Shown in pieces: positions 9,030 through 18,633 of a stretch of 64,000 nt of DNA. Position 1 is the first letter of the stretch. Each line of letters begins with the position of its first letter. Below the pieces are notes generated by a model. It saw nothing but the letters and a program-made list of their open reading frames with translations, made no database searches and was not told the origin of the DNA. Source of the stretch: Nostoc sp. GTDB lineage: Bacteria > Cyanobacteriota > Cyanobacteriia > Cyanobacteriales > Nostocaceae. The stretch is taken from the NCBI RefSeq assembly GCF_036917135.1, contig NZ_JBALEA010000089.1:47974-111973 (forward strand), read 5' to 3'. The position numbers were made by a program, and so were the translations under genes.

Positions 9030-10637
9030 TTAGGCTTTTTTACAGAGATATTCATCCAGTTCATCTTCTTCTCCAGCTAAACCTTGCTCGATATCACCAA
9101 TTTTTTCGGCATACTGATTAATCAGACTTTCTACCTGATTAATATCTAGTAAAGTCTGAGCATAGATATTTCCTGTAAGAGCATTAGCTATCTTTGCCTG
9201 AAAATATTGTTGACCCCAATTTTCGACACGTTGTAATTCATCTGTCGGTTCACTTTGATATGACTTTTGTATGCAAGCAACCACAAATGCCCATGCAGCT
9301 ACATCACCCAATTTCTGGGATAATATTTTACTTAATTTCTTATTACTGTTCCCAGAGAGGTTTTTCTTTTTGAGGTAAGAAGCACAAGTTTCAGCCGTCT
9401 GTTGCAATTGTTCGCTGATTTTTGTCGCTCCCAAAAACTCATTAAGAGATGAAAAGACTTGAGGTGTTTGGTATAAAGTTAATAAACCCAAATGCATCTG
9501 TAAAGTTTCAGTTGGCCCCTCAAAAATCCGAAATAAACGAGCATCCCGTAAGATTTGGGGCGCAATATTAGATTCGATATAACCCCGTCCACCTAGTAGC
9601 TGAACTAGATTATCTGCTGCTTGCCACATTAATTCGGGGGCGATAATCTTAGCGACAAGATAAGCTTCTAAAGGAACAGGTTTCTCTTCATCTAGGGATG
9701 TTGCAATGGTTTTCACCAAGCACTCAACTGCACCAATTGCTGCTGTTAAATCACTCAGACGTTGTAAAGTAATCTGTTGATTTATTAGCCGTTCTATACC
9801 AATTGAGCGACGGGTAGCATAACGAAGCATGAGTTGGGCACAATGTTTCATTCCGCCAATACAGGTGGCAGAAATTCCCAATCTCGCTAGTTGCATTGCG
9901 TCCTGGGCTACTTCAAAACCAGAACCAATTTCGCCTAAAACATTTTCATGATTGACTTTTACCTGCTCAAGGTGAATAGTATTCTGAACCATACCTCGCA
10001 TTCCCATCGTCAGAGCTTCAGTACCTTGCCTCAATCCTTGAGCATTTTCGGGAATGGTAAATGCTGTGATTCCCAAAGAGTCGCCTTGTTCATCTACAAC
10101 ATGAGCAAAAATATTGATCGCGCTTGACCAAGATGCAGAACCGCTCCAAATTTTGGTGCCGCTAAGTAACCACCCACCACTTCCATCTGGATGGGCTTCA
10201 GCCTTGATTCCTCTAGGATTAGATCCGGCAGATGGTTCGGTAATGGCAAAGGCTGCTAAATCTCTCCCTTGGGCTAAATTCTGGAGATAGGTTTCTTTAA
10301 TCTCAGGTGTACCATGCTTAAGAATTGGGTAGATTCCGAGAAAATTGTTTACACCAACAAATGAAGCTAAGTTGAGATCAATAGCTGCAAGTTGTTCCAT
10401 CACTTGCAACATATCACTGTAACTTAAGCCAAGACCCCCGCATGATTGAGGCACAATCATTCCCAACAAACCTTTTTTGCCAAAGTCTAGAACGACGTGA
10501 GGAGTTATACACCGTCGCTCGTCCATAAGTCTAGAATTGATTCGTCTTTGGGCATAGTCACGTAACCAATGGATGACTTGCTCTGCACGTTGACGACTTG
10601 AACTTTCTAAAGACTGACTTTGACTATTGAACTGCAT
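9030..10637 (-). CDS. Acyl-CoA/acyl-ACP dehydrogenase
   Basis: AFAITEPSAGSN, LSGTKIWSGS, QLLGGRGY, RIFEGPTE (catalytic Glu position); extended C-terminus. Confidence 0.9.
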   Translation of the reverse strand: MQFNSQSQSLESSSRQRAEQVIHWLRDYAQRRINSRLMDERRCITPHVVLDFGKKGLLGMIVPQSCGGLGLSYSDMLQVMEQLAAIDLNLASFVGVNNFLGIYPILKHGTPEIKETYLQNLAQGRDLAAFAITEPSAGSNPRGIKAEAHPDGSGGWLLSGTKIWSGSASWSSAINIFAHVVDEQGDSLGITAFTIPENAQGLRQGTEALTMGMRGMVQNTIHLEQVKVNHENVLGEIGSGFEVAQDAMQLARLGISATCIGGMKHCAQLMLRYATRRSIGIERLINQQITLQRLSDLTAAIGAVECLVKTIATSLDEEKPVPLEAYLVAKIIAPELMWQAADNLVQLLGGRGYIESNIAPQILRDARLFRIFEGPTETLQMHLGLLTLYQTPQVFSSLNEFLGATKISEQLQQTAETCASYLKKKNLSGNSNKKLSKILSQKLGDVAAWAFVVACIQKSYQSEPTDELQRVENWGQQYFQAKIANALTGNIYAQTLLDINQVESLINQYAEKIGDIEQGLAGEEDELDEYLCKKA

Positions 10638-12489
10638 TAGCTTTTGCGCCCTCCTGAATATTTACTTTTTGAGAATCAGGATTATCTTGCTGCACTTTTA
10701 CTAAGAGTGAGTTGACATCAACTTCCAACTTGTGAAACTGGGCTTGATGCTGAAGAGTTCCACTACAGTGCGCCACCACATTCAAACTGCCATCTAGAAA
10801 CCCACGCCGACAGGCATGACGCTGAATTTTCCCGCTAGATGTCTTGGGAATACTCCCAGGTTTAATTAAAACTGTGGCATACACTTGTAAACCGTGATTA
10901 TCTACAACTGCTTCAGTGATATTGCCGACGACTTCTTGAATATCCAACCGCCTTAAATAGGTTCGTTCTACCTCTTGAACAACAATTAATCGCTGTTGTC
11001 CCTTCTGATCTACAGTGAAAGCTGCTCCACAATGCGATCGCAATGCTGGATGACTTTTTTGCACTGTTAACTCAATATCCTGGGGATAATGATTTTGTCC
11101 TCGGATGATAATCACATCTTTTAGTCGTCCGGTAACAAATAGTTCGCCATCTTGCAAAAATCCCAAGTCACCCGTGCAAAGAAACGGCCCTTCTCCTGTA
11201 TCCCCCAGATAACTTTGAAAAGTTTCCGCAGTTTTTTCTGGTTGGTTCCAATAGCCACCAGCCACAGAAGAACCTGATACCCAAATCTCTCCCACCTTCC
11301 CAGGAGGACACTGAGTTAAAGATTCGCGATCGACAATGACGATTTTTTCATCTAACCAGGTGCGACCACAGCCCACAATTGTTTTAGTTCCTTCCCCAGA
11401 TTCAGCCGCCACCACCTGATTTTCCTCAAGGGCTGCTGCTTCAACTTGGTACAGAATCGGCGAAGCTGTTTTTAAACCTCCAGAAACGAATAAAGTTGCC
11501 TCAGCCATCCCGTAACAGGGATAAAATGCTTCTCGACGGAAACCACAAGGAGCGAAATAGTTAGCAAATAGCTCCATTGTCTCGGCACGGACTGGTTCGG
11601 CTCCATTGAAAGCGACTTCCCAACTGCTTAAATCAAGACTAGAAAGCTGTTCGGGAGTAATCTTGCGAACGCACAAATCGTAAGCAAAATCTGGCCCGCC
11701 GCTAGTAGTGGCTTTGTAACGAGAAATAGCTTGCAACCAGGAAAAAGGCTTTTGCAGGAAAGCTACTGGTGACATCAAAATAGACGGGATACCCAAATAT
11801 AGAGGCTGCAAAACGTTCCCAATCAGACCCATATCGTGGAATAAGGGTAACCAACCGACAAAAATTGTTTTATCTGTATGTCCGAAACCCATTCTGATGG
11901 ATCTCTGGTTGCACAGTAAATTTCCATGAGTGATCATCACTCCCTTCGGCGTTCCCGTAGAGCCTGAAGTGTATTGCAGAAATGCCAGAGTGTCTCTCTC
12001 TAGTCTTGGTTTTTGCCAATCTGAACTGAGATTGCTGTCAATGCAATCAGTATTTAACCAGCGCATAGTTGCCAATTCTGGATTTTCGACCGTTAACAAA
12101 GATTTTGTGGTCAAGACTATCTTGGCTTGGGCATCTTTAGCGATCGCCTGCAACCTGAGCAAGTTCATATTGGCTCGGGGTGGATAAGCGGGAACGGCGA
12201 TAACACCCGCATATAAACAGCCAAAGAAGGCGCTAATGAATTCTAATCCCGGTGGATACAACAGCAAAGCCCGTTCGCCAGGAGATACTAGAGACTGAAG
12301 ATGGGTAGCGAGCGATCGCGCTTGCAGGTCTAATTCTCCATAAGTCAGGCTGTTTTCTTCAGTTTCTCCATCTTTGAGAAATATATAAGCCCTTTGCTGA
12401 GGCTGATTTTTAGCTCTGTAGCTGAGTAATTCTATTAAATTTGAAAATTTGTCAAGAGGGTTTTGGAGATCAGCCAAACAAATAGTCAT
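10624..12489 (-). CDS. Fatty acyl-AMP ligase (FAAL)
   Basis: LQYTSGSTGTPKGV, WLPLFHDMGLIG, YPCYGMAEATL followed by the FAAL-type insertion, GRLKDVIIIRG, PKTSSGKIQR. Confidence 0.93.
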   Translation of the reverse strand: MTICLADLQNPLDKFSNLIELLSYRAKNQPQQRAYIFLKDGETEENSLTYGELDLQARSLATHLQSLVSPGERALLLYPPGLEFISAFFGCLYAGVIAVPAYPPRANMNLLRLQAIAKDAQAKIVLTTKSLLTVENPELATMRWLNTDCIDSNLSSDWQKPRLERDTLAFLQYTSGSTGTPKGVMITHGNLLCNQRSIRMGFGHTDKTIFVGWLPLFHDMGLIGNVLQPLYLGIPSILMSPVAFLQKPFSWLQAISRYKATTSGGPDFAYDLCVRKITPEQLSSLDLSSWEVAFNGAEPVRAETMELFANYFAPCGFRREAFYPCYGMAEATLFVSGGLKTASPILYQVEAAALEENQVVAAESGEGTKTIVGCGRTWLDEKIVIVDRESLTQCPPGKVGEIWVSGSSVAGGYWNQPEKTAETFQSYLGDTGEGPFLCTGDLGFLQDGELFVTGRLKDVIIIRGQNHYPQDIELTVQKSHPALRSHCGAAFTVDQKGQQRLIVVQEVERTYLRRLDIQEVVGNITEAVVDNHGLQVYATVLIKPGSIPKTSSGKIQRHACRRGFLDGSLNVVAHCSGTLQHQAQFHKLEVDVNSLLVKVQQDNPDSQKVNIQEGAKANAVQ

Positions 12490-12579
12490 AAGCCAATTTC
12501 ACAGTTTACACAGTAACGTCATCTGTATGTATGGGTTTGTCAGCTACGAGTCTGTCAATAAATAATTGATAAATTCCCT

Positions 12580-12606
12580 GTAGAGACGGCGATTTTTCGC
12601 GTCTCT
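12580..12606. repeat. GTAG-type REP-like hairpin between the AOS and FAAL genes
   Basis: gtagagacggcgatttttcgcgtctct: GTAG start, stem agagac/gtctct with inner gcga/tcgc. Confidence 0.6.
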
Positions 12607-12621
12607 CTAACCGTCAACGAT

Positions 12622-13986
12622 TTATCGAATGATGCCTAATTCACGATCCAATTTTTGGAAAACGTGAATAAATGTATCTAAATCTTCACGTGTATGGGTT
12701 GCCATGACACTGATTCGGAGTCTTTGGGCATTGAGGGGAACAGCAGGGTACTCGACCGAATTCACAAAGATGCCTTCTTGGTGAAATCTCCAGGCAAGAG
12801 TGCGAATTTCGACTTCAGACGGGATTCTCACTGGTATAATTGCAGAGTCGCTGCTGGTTTGGAATCCTGCCGCTTGCAGTTGCTGCAATAAGTAAGTGCT
12901 ATTGGCTCGAAGTTGACTAACACGCTCCGGCTCCCGCTCAATGATATCTAGACCTGCCAAGATAGCCGCAACAACAGGAGCAGGCAAAGATGCCGAGAAC
13001 ATATAAGACCGAGCAAAGAAGCGCAGATACTCGATTACCTCACGACTGGCAGCGATGAAGCCGCCTGTGACACCCAATGCCTTACTGAAAGTCCCCATCG
13101 TGACATCAATTCGACCTTTCAGACCAAAGTGTTCATCAGTGCCACCGCCCTTTTTACCCATAACACCAGTGCCGTGTGCATCATCCACGACAAGAATAGC
13201 CCCGTAATCGTCGCAAAGTTCACGAATTGCTGGGAGTGCAGCTAAATCGCCATCCATCGAATATACGCCTTCTATAGCCACATAGATTAATCGATTTGAT
13301 GCTCCTCCAACTTGCTTGCATTTGATCAGACGCTGTTCGAGGTCATCACAATCATTATGCTTGAAGCTAAAAGCGCGAACGCTGGAACCCATAGAGACAA
13401 GCTTAATGGCATCATAAAGACTGGCATGGCTTAACTCGTCGCAGATTAAAACATCATCATCACGTAACAGACCATTAACCCACCCTAACTGTGCCTGAAA
13501 TCCACTGGCAAAAAGGAGAGCATCTTCTGCGCCTTTGAACTGGGCTATACGAGCTTCAAGTTGGCGATGGAGGCTACTCATGCCATTGAGTAGAGGTGGT
13601 CCACCCATACCAACACCAAATTCTTCAATAGCTCGTTTTGCTGCTTCTCGAACATAGGGATGGGTGGTCAATCCCAGGTAGTTATTTGATCCGAACATCA
13701 GCATTGACCTGATTTCACCAGTGAGCGGATCTTTAATCAGAGTTCGATTTTCAATCGGCCCAACGACCTCACGAGGAAAATAGGTGAGCATACAGGCATT
13801 GGGACCGATAGAGGCATTTGGTGTATGCAACCAATTAGAGCAAGGTTTCACGCGCTCCGCTAAGGATGAACCAATCGTTGGGAAAAAATCTTTGAAGGAA
13901 AAATTCTCGGCATGGCTGCTGGTATCCGGTGCAACCCATATATTCCTAACATCTTCTGGGAATTTATTAGTCTGTTTACTTAACAT
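12622..13986 (-). CDS. PLP-dependent alpha-oxoamine synthase (serine palmitoyltransferase/BioF/KBL family)
   Basis: MFGSNNYLGL, SHASL, EGVYSMDGD, DDAHG, GTFSKALG (Schiff-base Lys); long N-terminal extension. Confidence 0.92.
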   Translation of the reverse strand: MLSKQTNKFPEDVRNIWVAPDTSSHAENFSFKDFFPTIGSSLAERVKPCSNWLHTPNASIGPNACMLTYFPREVVGPIENRTLIKDPLTGEIRSMLMFGSNNYLGLTTHPYVREAAKRAIEEFGVGMGGPPLLNGMSSLHRQLEARIAQFKGAEDALLFASGFQAQLGWVNGLLRDDDVLICDELSHASLYDAIKLVSMGSSVRAFSFKHNDCDDLEQRLIKCKQVGGASNRLIYVAIEGVYSMDGDLAALPAIRELCDDYGAILVVDDAHGTGVMGKKGGGTDEHFGLKGRIDVTMGTFSKALGVTGGFIAASREVIEYLRFFARSYMFSASLPAPVVAAILAGLDIIEREPERVSQLRANSTYLLQQLQAAGFQTSSDSAIIPVRIPSEVEIRTLAWRFHQEGIFVNSVEYPAVPLNAQRLRISVMATHTREDLDTFIHVFQKLDRELGIIR

Positions 13987-14052
13987 TGTGAACTCTAACC
14001 TAGATTTATTTCTCTGTTTTTAGCAAAGCAAACTAACCGCTTAAGTCTTTTA

Positions 14053-14175
14053 GGGACTTCCAAGAAATAAATTATTCATCTTGTGGGGTGGGCATCCTGC
14101 CCGCCCTGAATATAGGACGGGTGAGGACACCCATCCCACAAGAAAATTTGGGATGTTTTTTTATTTGGAAGTCCC
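14053..14175. mobile_element. MITE-like element, 123 bp, same ends as 5310-5431 but in opposite orientation, TTA target duplication
   Basis: gggacttccaagaaataaatt ... ttttttatttggaagtccc; TTA at 14050-14052 and 14176-14178. Confidence 0.8.
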
Positions 14176-15027
14176 TTAAGCAATAGACCTCTTGTGTGAA
14201 TCAGATTATGAACTGCTCAACAGATAAGTCGCTAGTTTGTGAGTATGCATTTTTTCTAATAGTCAATCGCACAGTTTCATTGCATTTTTTTCACAAAATC
14301 TATATCTACTTTATTGGTGAAGACATTGAGAATAGCAAGCAGTTTTTATCTGAGTAAAGGCTCTCTTAAGACTTTTTTGTGTTTTTTATATGCAGTACTT
14401 TAAAAAGTACTCGCACACCAAGAAAACTGCTCAAAATGATTTCACTAAAGAATGGAAATTAGCAAATAAATATCATCAATTACTTTTTATGTAGAGCAAT
14501 CTTATTTGAAGTGTGAGCATCCTAAAATCAGAGAAAATCAACATTTTCTCGGTTTTTATAAAGCATTTAAGATTGCTGTGTAATATTAATCTAACGAGGA
14601 GTACCAGTTGGCCAATATTGTAACCAATTTTCAACTTTAAACATGATTTTAGCTGGAAGAGAAGACATACAAATAGAAAAGCCCTTCTCTAGTGAAAGAT
14701 TAAGCACTAAAAGTTTTTCCTCTGATCTAAACGTATCAATATCTAAATCTTTTTGGATGTGTTGGAAATCTGGATTAGAGTGAATTTTCAATCCGAGATT
14801 AAAGCTACCACTATTTAGATTTTGTTGTCAATCAACAAAAGCTAAATAAAATGAGTTAAACAAGATGTTTAGATAAAAATATATAGGTAGATATAGATAC
14901 AGAATCTCACTAGATATATCACAAGCACATAAGTTGTTACGACAAATTGCCGATGCAATTGATAATATTAGAGTGATATTGGAATAGCTAAAACAGATGG
15001 AGATAGCCAAATTGAGTAAGGGAAACC

Positions 15028-15918
15028 CTAACTTCTATAAGCTAGGGCGAAGCGTTCAATTCCAGCTAAATCAGCGTGAATTTGAATATTGCAATAATTA
15101 CCTTGATTTTGCAAAAGTTCTCGCACTCCATCGGCCTGTCCAGCCATCATCTCAATCAGCCACACGCCACCCGATCGCAAATAACTAGGTGAAATTTCTA
15201 CCAAATTCCGAATGCAATCTAAGCCATCAGCGCCACCATCCAAAGCTAGATGCGGTTCATGGTTAACTACTTCTGGCTGCAAAGTAGGTAAGATGCTGGT
15301 GGGGATGTAAGGAGGGTTGGAAACCATACCACTGAACTGACCTTTTAACAATGCCAGTGGCTCCCACCAGGAACCTTGATAAAATTTAATCCGGTCAGCA
15401 AAACCCAAATCATCGGCGTTGGCTTGGGCGATCGCCAGAGCTGCTAAACTGTAATCCACTGCATGAATTGTTGCGTTTGGCAAGGCATCTGCTAATCCGA
15501 TGGCGATCGCACCACTCCCAGTACCCAAATCCGCCCAATGTCCTGAAGCATTTGCGAACAATGCTTTCGCCAAATCAATTAAGCACTCTGTCTCTGGTCT
15601 GGGAATCAAAACCGCACTCGACACCGCAATTTTAAAATTACGCCAAGGTGTAACACCCGCAATATACTGCACTGGTAAGCGATCGTTTAATCGCCTCTGC
15701 CAAAGATGGTCTAACTCTACTAGAGGCAATTGCATCTGAATTTGCGGCGAGTTTTTAAAAGACTCCAAACGTAGTGCCAAGCGGTCTAATCCAGCCACCT
15801 CTATAAGTAGCCAGTCTACCTCCCTTGGTGGAACATCAGTGGCGATCGCTGCTTGGATAGCTACATTTCGCCACTGCCAAAGTTGTAAACCAGAAACTAT
15901 CAGATGTTTCTCTTCCAT
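15028..15918 (-). CDS. prmC: Release factor glutamine methyltransferase (HemK)
   Basis: PVQYIAG, LIPRPETE, DLGTGSGAIA, SNPPY, LALDGGADGL. Confidence 0.96.
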   Translation of the reverse strand: MEEKHLIVSGLQLWQWRNVAIQAAIATDVPPREVDWLLIEVAGLDRLALRLESFKNSPQIQMQLPLVELDHLWQRRLNDRLPVQYIAGVTPWRNFKIAVSSAVLIPRPETECLIDLAKALFANASGHWADLGTGSGAIAIGLADALPNATIHAVDYSLAALAIAQANADDLGFADRIKFYQGSWWEPLALLKGQFSGMVSNPPYIPTSILPTLQPEVVNHEPHLALDGGADGLDCIRNLVEISPSYLRSGGVWLIEMMAGQADGVRELLQNQGNYCNIQIHADLAGIERFALAYRS

Positions 15919-15943
15919 ACCTCAACCTTGGAGCGCCTATCCG

Positions 15944-16750
15944 TTATTTTTTCGGAGCGACCGCAGGAGCTGGTGATTGATTTGGCGCAAGGGAGCGAAT
16001 AAAATTGATCGACTCCCGCGATGGATACAGAACAATTTTATTTATACTAGGATCGTTGCTGCTATTGAGAGCCTCTAGAACACCGTACAAATCCACCACT
16101 TGAATTTCAGTGTTTTCTGCTTCCTTTGGCACAGCTTTTTTGAATTGGTCTAACAGAGCCACTGCTTGTTCTTTCTCAAAAAAGAAAGGGATGTAGCGCT
16201 CGTTGCCTTTGGCGAGGGGAATAGTCAGATAGCTATTATCTTTCTTAAATTTCGGTACAAATAAGGGAATACCATTGAATTGCTCCCCTTTTTTACCATT
16301 CTGATTCAGCATACTAGTTGCCGATGCTACCTGTTCTTGCGTCGGCACTAAAGTATAAATCACAGAATCTGGTTTCTTTTTGCTTTCTTGCACTATTTTA
16401 AAGTAGTCTGCCAAAGACAAAGGTCTCACCTGTAGGGTACTTGCCAACTGGGGATTTTCTTTTTTGAGCCGATTGTCAAGGAATTTTTGAGCATCTTGCT
16501 TGCTAATAAAAAATCCCACTTGGGAGATCGTCTTGGATTCGTTTTTCCTCGAAAGAACTACGAATTCGCCTTTAGGATTGGTGAGGGTGAATACAGGTAC
16601 TTCTTGGAGCTTTTTCACTATCTGATCTTGTGGCAATGCGATCGCCTCTAGATTGCCCATCCCTGGTAGATTGCCTATTCCTGAAAGCCCCGTTAAAAAT
16701 ACACTGGTAGCTATACCCAATGTTGCGCCCAAGCGAATAAATGATTTCAT
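15944..16750 (-). CDS. tic22: Tic22 family periplasmic chaperone
   Basis: Signal-like N-terminus, KLQEVPVFTLTN, FNGIPLF, IPFFFEKEQ; ATG 16750 preceded by AGGAG. Confidence 0.88.
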   Translation of the reverse strand: MKSFIRLGATLGIATSVFLTGLSGIGNLPGMGNLEAIALPQDQIVKKLQEVPVFTLTNPKGEFVVLSRKNESKTISQVGFFISKQDAQKFLDNRLKKENPQLASTLQVRPLSLADYFKIVQESKKKPDSVIYTLVPTQEQVASATSMLNQNGKKGEQFNGIPLFVPKFKKDNSYLTIPLAKGNERYIPFFFEKEQAVALLDQFKKAVPKEAENTEIQVVDLYGVLEALNSSNDPSINKIVLYPSRESINFIRSLAPNQSPAPAVAPKK

Positions 16751-17246
16751 GACTGCTCCTCGCATCAATAGTCCAATTAAATTAAACAAATGGTTGGATT
16801 TGCACAGCACCAACTAGCTTTAGTTATATAGCAATCTATTTCAGTTGTGAAAAATTCATTATGCGCGTTGAGGTTGAGTGTTAACTGTGAAGCAGCCCGG
16901 TCTTGTTGTTCCAACGCATTGGGACTGCCGTTAGCGCAAGCGGTAGCGACGCAGGAGCGTCACTCGGAGGGTCAACGGACAAAATCCAATATTCCCTAAC
17001 TACTTAGGGTTGCTATAGTATCCCTTTCACCAATTGACTGTACTCGACTTGTGTTTTTCCCGATTTCGCTTTGCTATTCACTGCGAAATACTGTAGATGC
17101 CTATTATATGTCTTCTCAAACAGTGGAAAGCTTTCCCAGCTTAGAAATGATAAATGCCATTTTATCGGCTTTTTCTAATATGGGGTGACGCTACTACTTA
17201 ATCAATCGTTCCATCTGCGATCGCTTTAATATCTTCATTAATTAAA

Positions 17247-17320
17247 TCGGGATGACAGGATTTGAACCTGCGGCATCCTGCTCCCAAAGCAGGCGCGCTA
17301 CCAAGCTGCGCTACATCCCG
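17247..17320 (-). tRNA. trnP: tRNA-Pro (anticodon TGG), CCA not encoded
   Basis: Cloverleaf cgggatg acceptor stem, anticodon arm cctgc-TTTGGGA-gcagg, GGTTCAAATCC T-arm. Confidence 0.97.
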
Positions 17321-17620
17321 GTTAGACTTATCGACTTTTTTGGCTTGGTTTTAACTTACCATCAAAGCGATCGCCCTTTCACAAGAGCGTTAAATTAATC
17401 ATATCATATAACACGGCTCACGCCTAATATCTTTTATCTTCTGCAACGACTGAGCTAGATTACATCCCTAGACTGATAAAGGTTTTGCTGCCGACTTAGT
17501 TTTACAAGAGATATACTTGCTCGTTCGTCGGCTAAACCTTGTCAAACCAAATCGAAATAATAGATTTGTACTACTATACCTGATTTTATTGTGCGAATCG
17601 GGTTTTATTTGGATTGAGCG

Positions 17621-18172
17621 CTAGTGAGGATACCAGAACATACCTTTGATGCCTTCTGGATCAGCCATAAACCCCATAGTTCGGTAGAAATCTACAACAT
17701 GAGGATCGGCAAAGAGAGTGACATTACTAATTTCTTCACTCCTAAGTTTTTTGAGAATGTATTTCATCAGTGCCTTGCCCAATCCTTGACTTTGAAAGTC
17801 TGGATGAACCACCACATCCCAAATAGTGGCATTAAAAGCGTGATCTGAGGTAGCGCGGGCAAAACCAATGAGCCGCTTTTGGTTTCCTCTCACCTGCCAC
17901 ATTGAGGCAACGAGAAAACTATGCTCAATAGCTTTTTTCACTTTTCTTAGCGGACGACGCGACCAACCAACTGCATCACAGAGTTCTTCTAGCTCATATA
18001 GGTCAATGTCTCGTTCCGTGCTGAAGACGATGCGAGTCTCCTTTGAAGAAGCTTCGCTAATGCTACCGAGGCCAGAATTGCCCGCAGTTTCAGCTCTATG
18101 CTCTTCAAAAGAGTTTGTCCTAGTTGTCCCTACAGATTCAGGAGTGCTAAACCAAGTTTTCCAAAAACCCAT
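17621..18172 (-). CDS. GNAT family acetyltransferase, Ycf52-like
   Basis: [48 protein letters not shown]. Confidence 0.9.
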   Translation of the reverse strand: MGFWKTWFSTPESVGTTRTNSFEEHRAETAGNSGLGSISEASSKETRIVFSTERDIDLYELEELCDAVGWSRRPLRKVKKAIEHSFLVASMWQVRGNQKRLIGFARATSDHAFNATIWDVVVHPDFQSQGLGKALMKYILKKLRSEEISNVTLFADPHVVDFYRTMGFMADPEGIKGMFWYPH

Positions 18173-18633
18173 GCCAACGTGGTTCGGGTAGTATAACTGA
18201 ATTGGTTTCCACTCTCAGGAGTGTTGATTCACGTTTAACATAGCTACCCCCATTTATTACCCCTGACACTCAAAGTTTTTCGGTTGTTTTCGGGATTTGC
18301 AATGGTAACAGCCATTTAGGGCGTGTCTCACACCAATCATTTTCAACTTTAGCATTTTGTTGTAGAGGCTAGTAGAAATTCACCAAAAGGGAAGAATATA
18401 AACAATTCAAAATTCAAAATTCAAAATGGAAAAATCTAATCCTGGCAATTGCTCGTATAGTGCTTAAATGCACGTTAGCTTAGGAGTGTATTGTATATAA
18501 GAAATTGGGCATGGGGTATGGGGCATCGGTATTGAGAACACTCTTCTCTTGTCCCCCAGTCCCCAATCCCTAATCCCTAATCCCCAACACCCAGCCCCCA
18601 GGTGACGAAAGCAAGCGAGTCTTACCCTTAACA

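Larger units (their letters stand above)
5098..15027. other. Accessory island carrying a fatty-acid-derived biosynthetic cluster, inserted between prmC and tsaC
   Basis: Seven co-oriented tailoring/loading genes with AT-rich flanks and MITE-like elements at both sides, interrupting co-oriented housekeeping genes. Limits are taken as the ends of the flanking genes. Confidence 0.75.

Noticed and set aside
12622-13986. AOS gene as housekeeping bioF
   Set aside because: No biotin genes nearby, long N-terminal extension, altered GGSR loop, and it heads a FAAL/ACP operon. Not formally excluded without phylogeny.
5469-13986. Canonical polyyne (caryoynencin-type) or heterocyst glycolipid cluster
   Set aside because: No desaturase-thioesterase fusion or rubredoxin as in polyyne clusters; no KS/AT or glycosyltransferase as in hgl clusters.
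5310-14175. Autonomous composite transposon
   Set aside because: No transposase, integrase or att-like long direct repeat found; each MITE has its own target duplication.
3037-18172. Two GNAT paralogs as tailoring enzymes of the cluster
   Set aside because: Both lie outside the island among backbone genes and look like conserved cyanobacterial GNATs.
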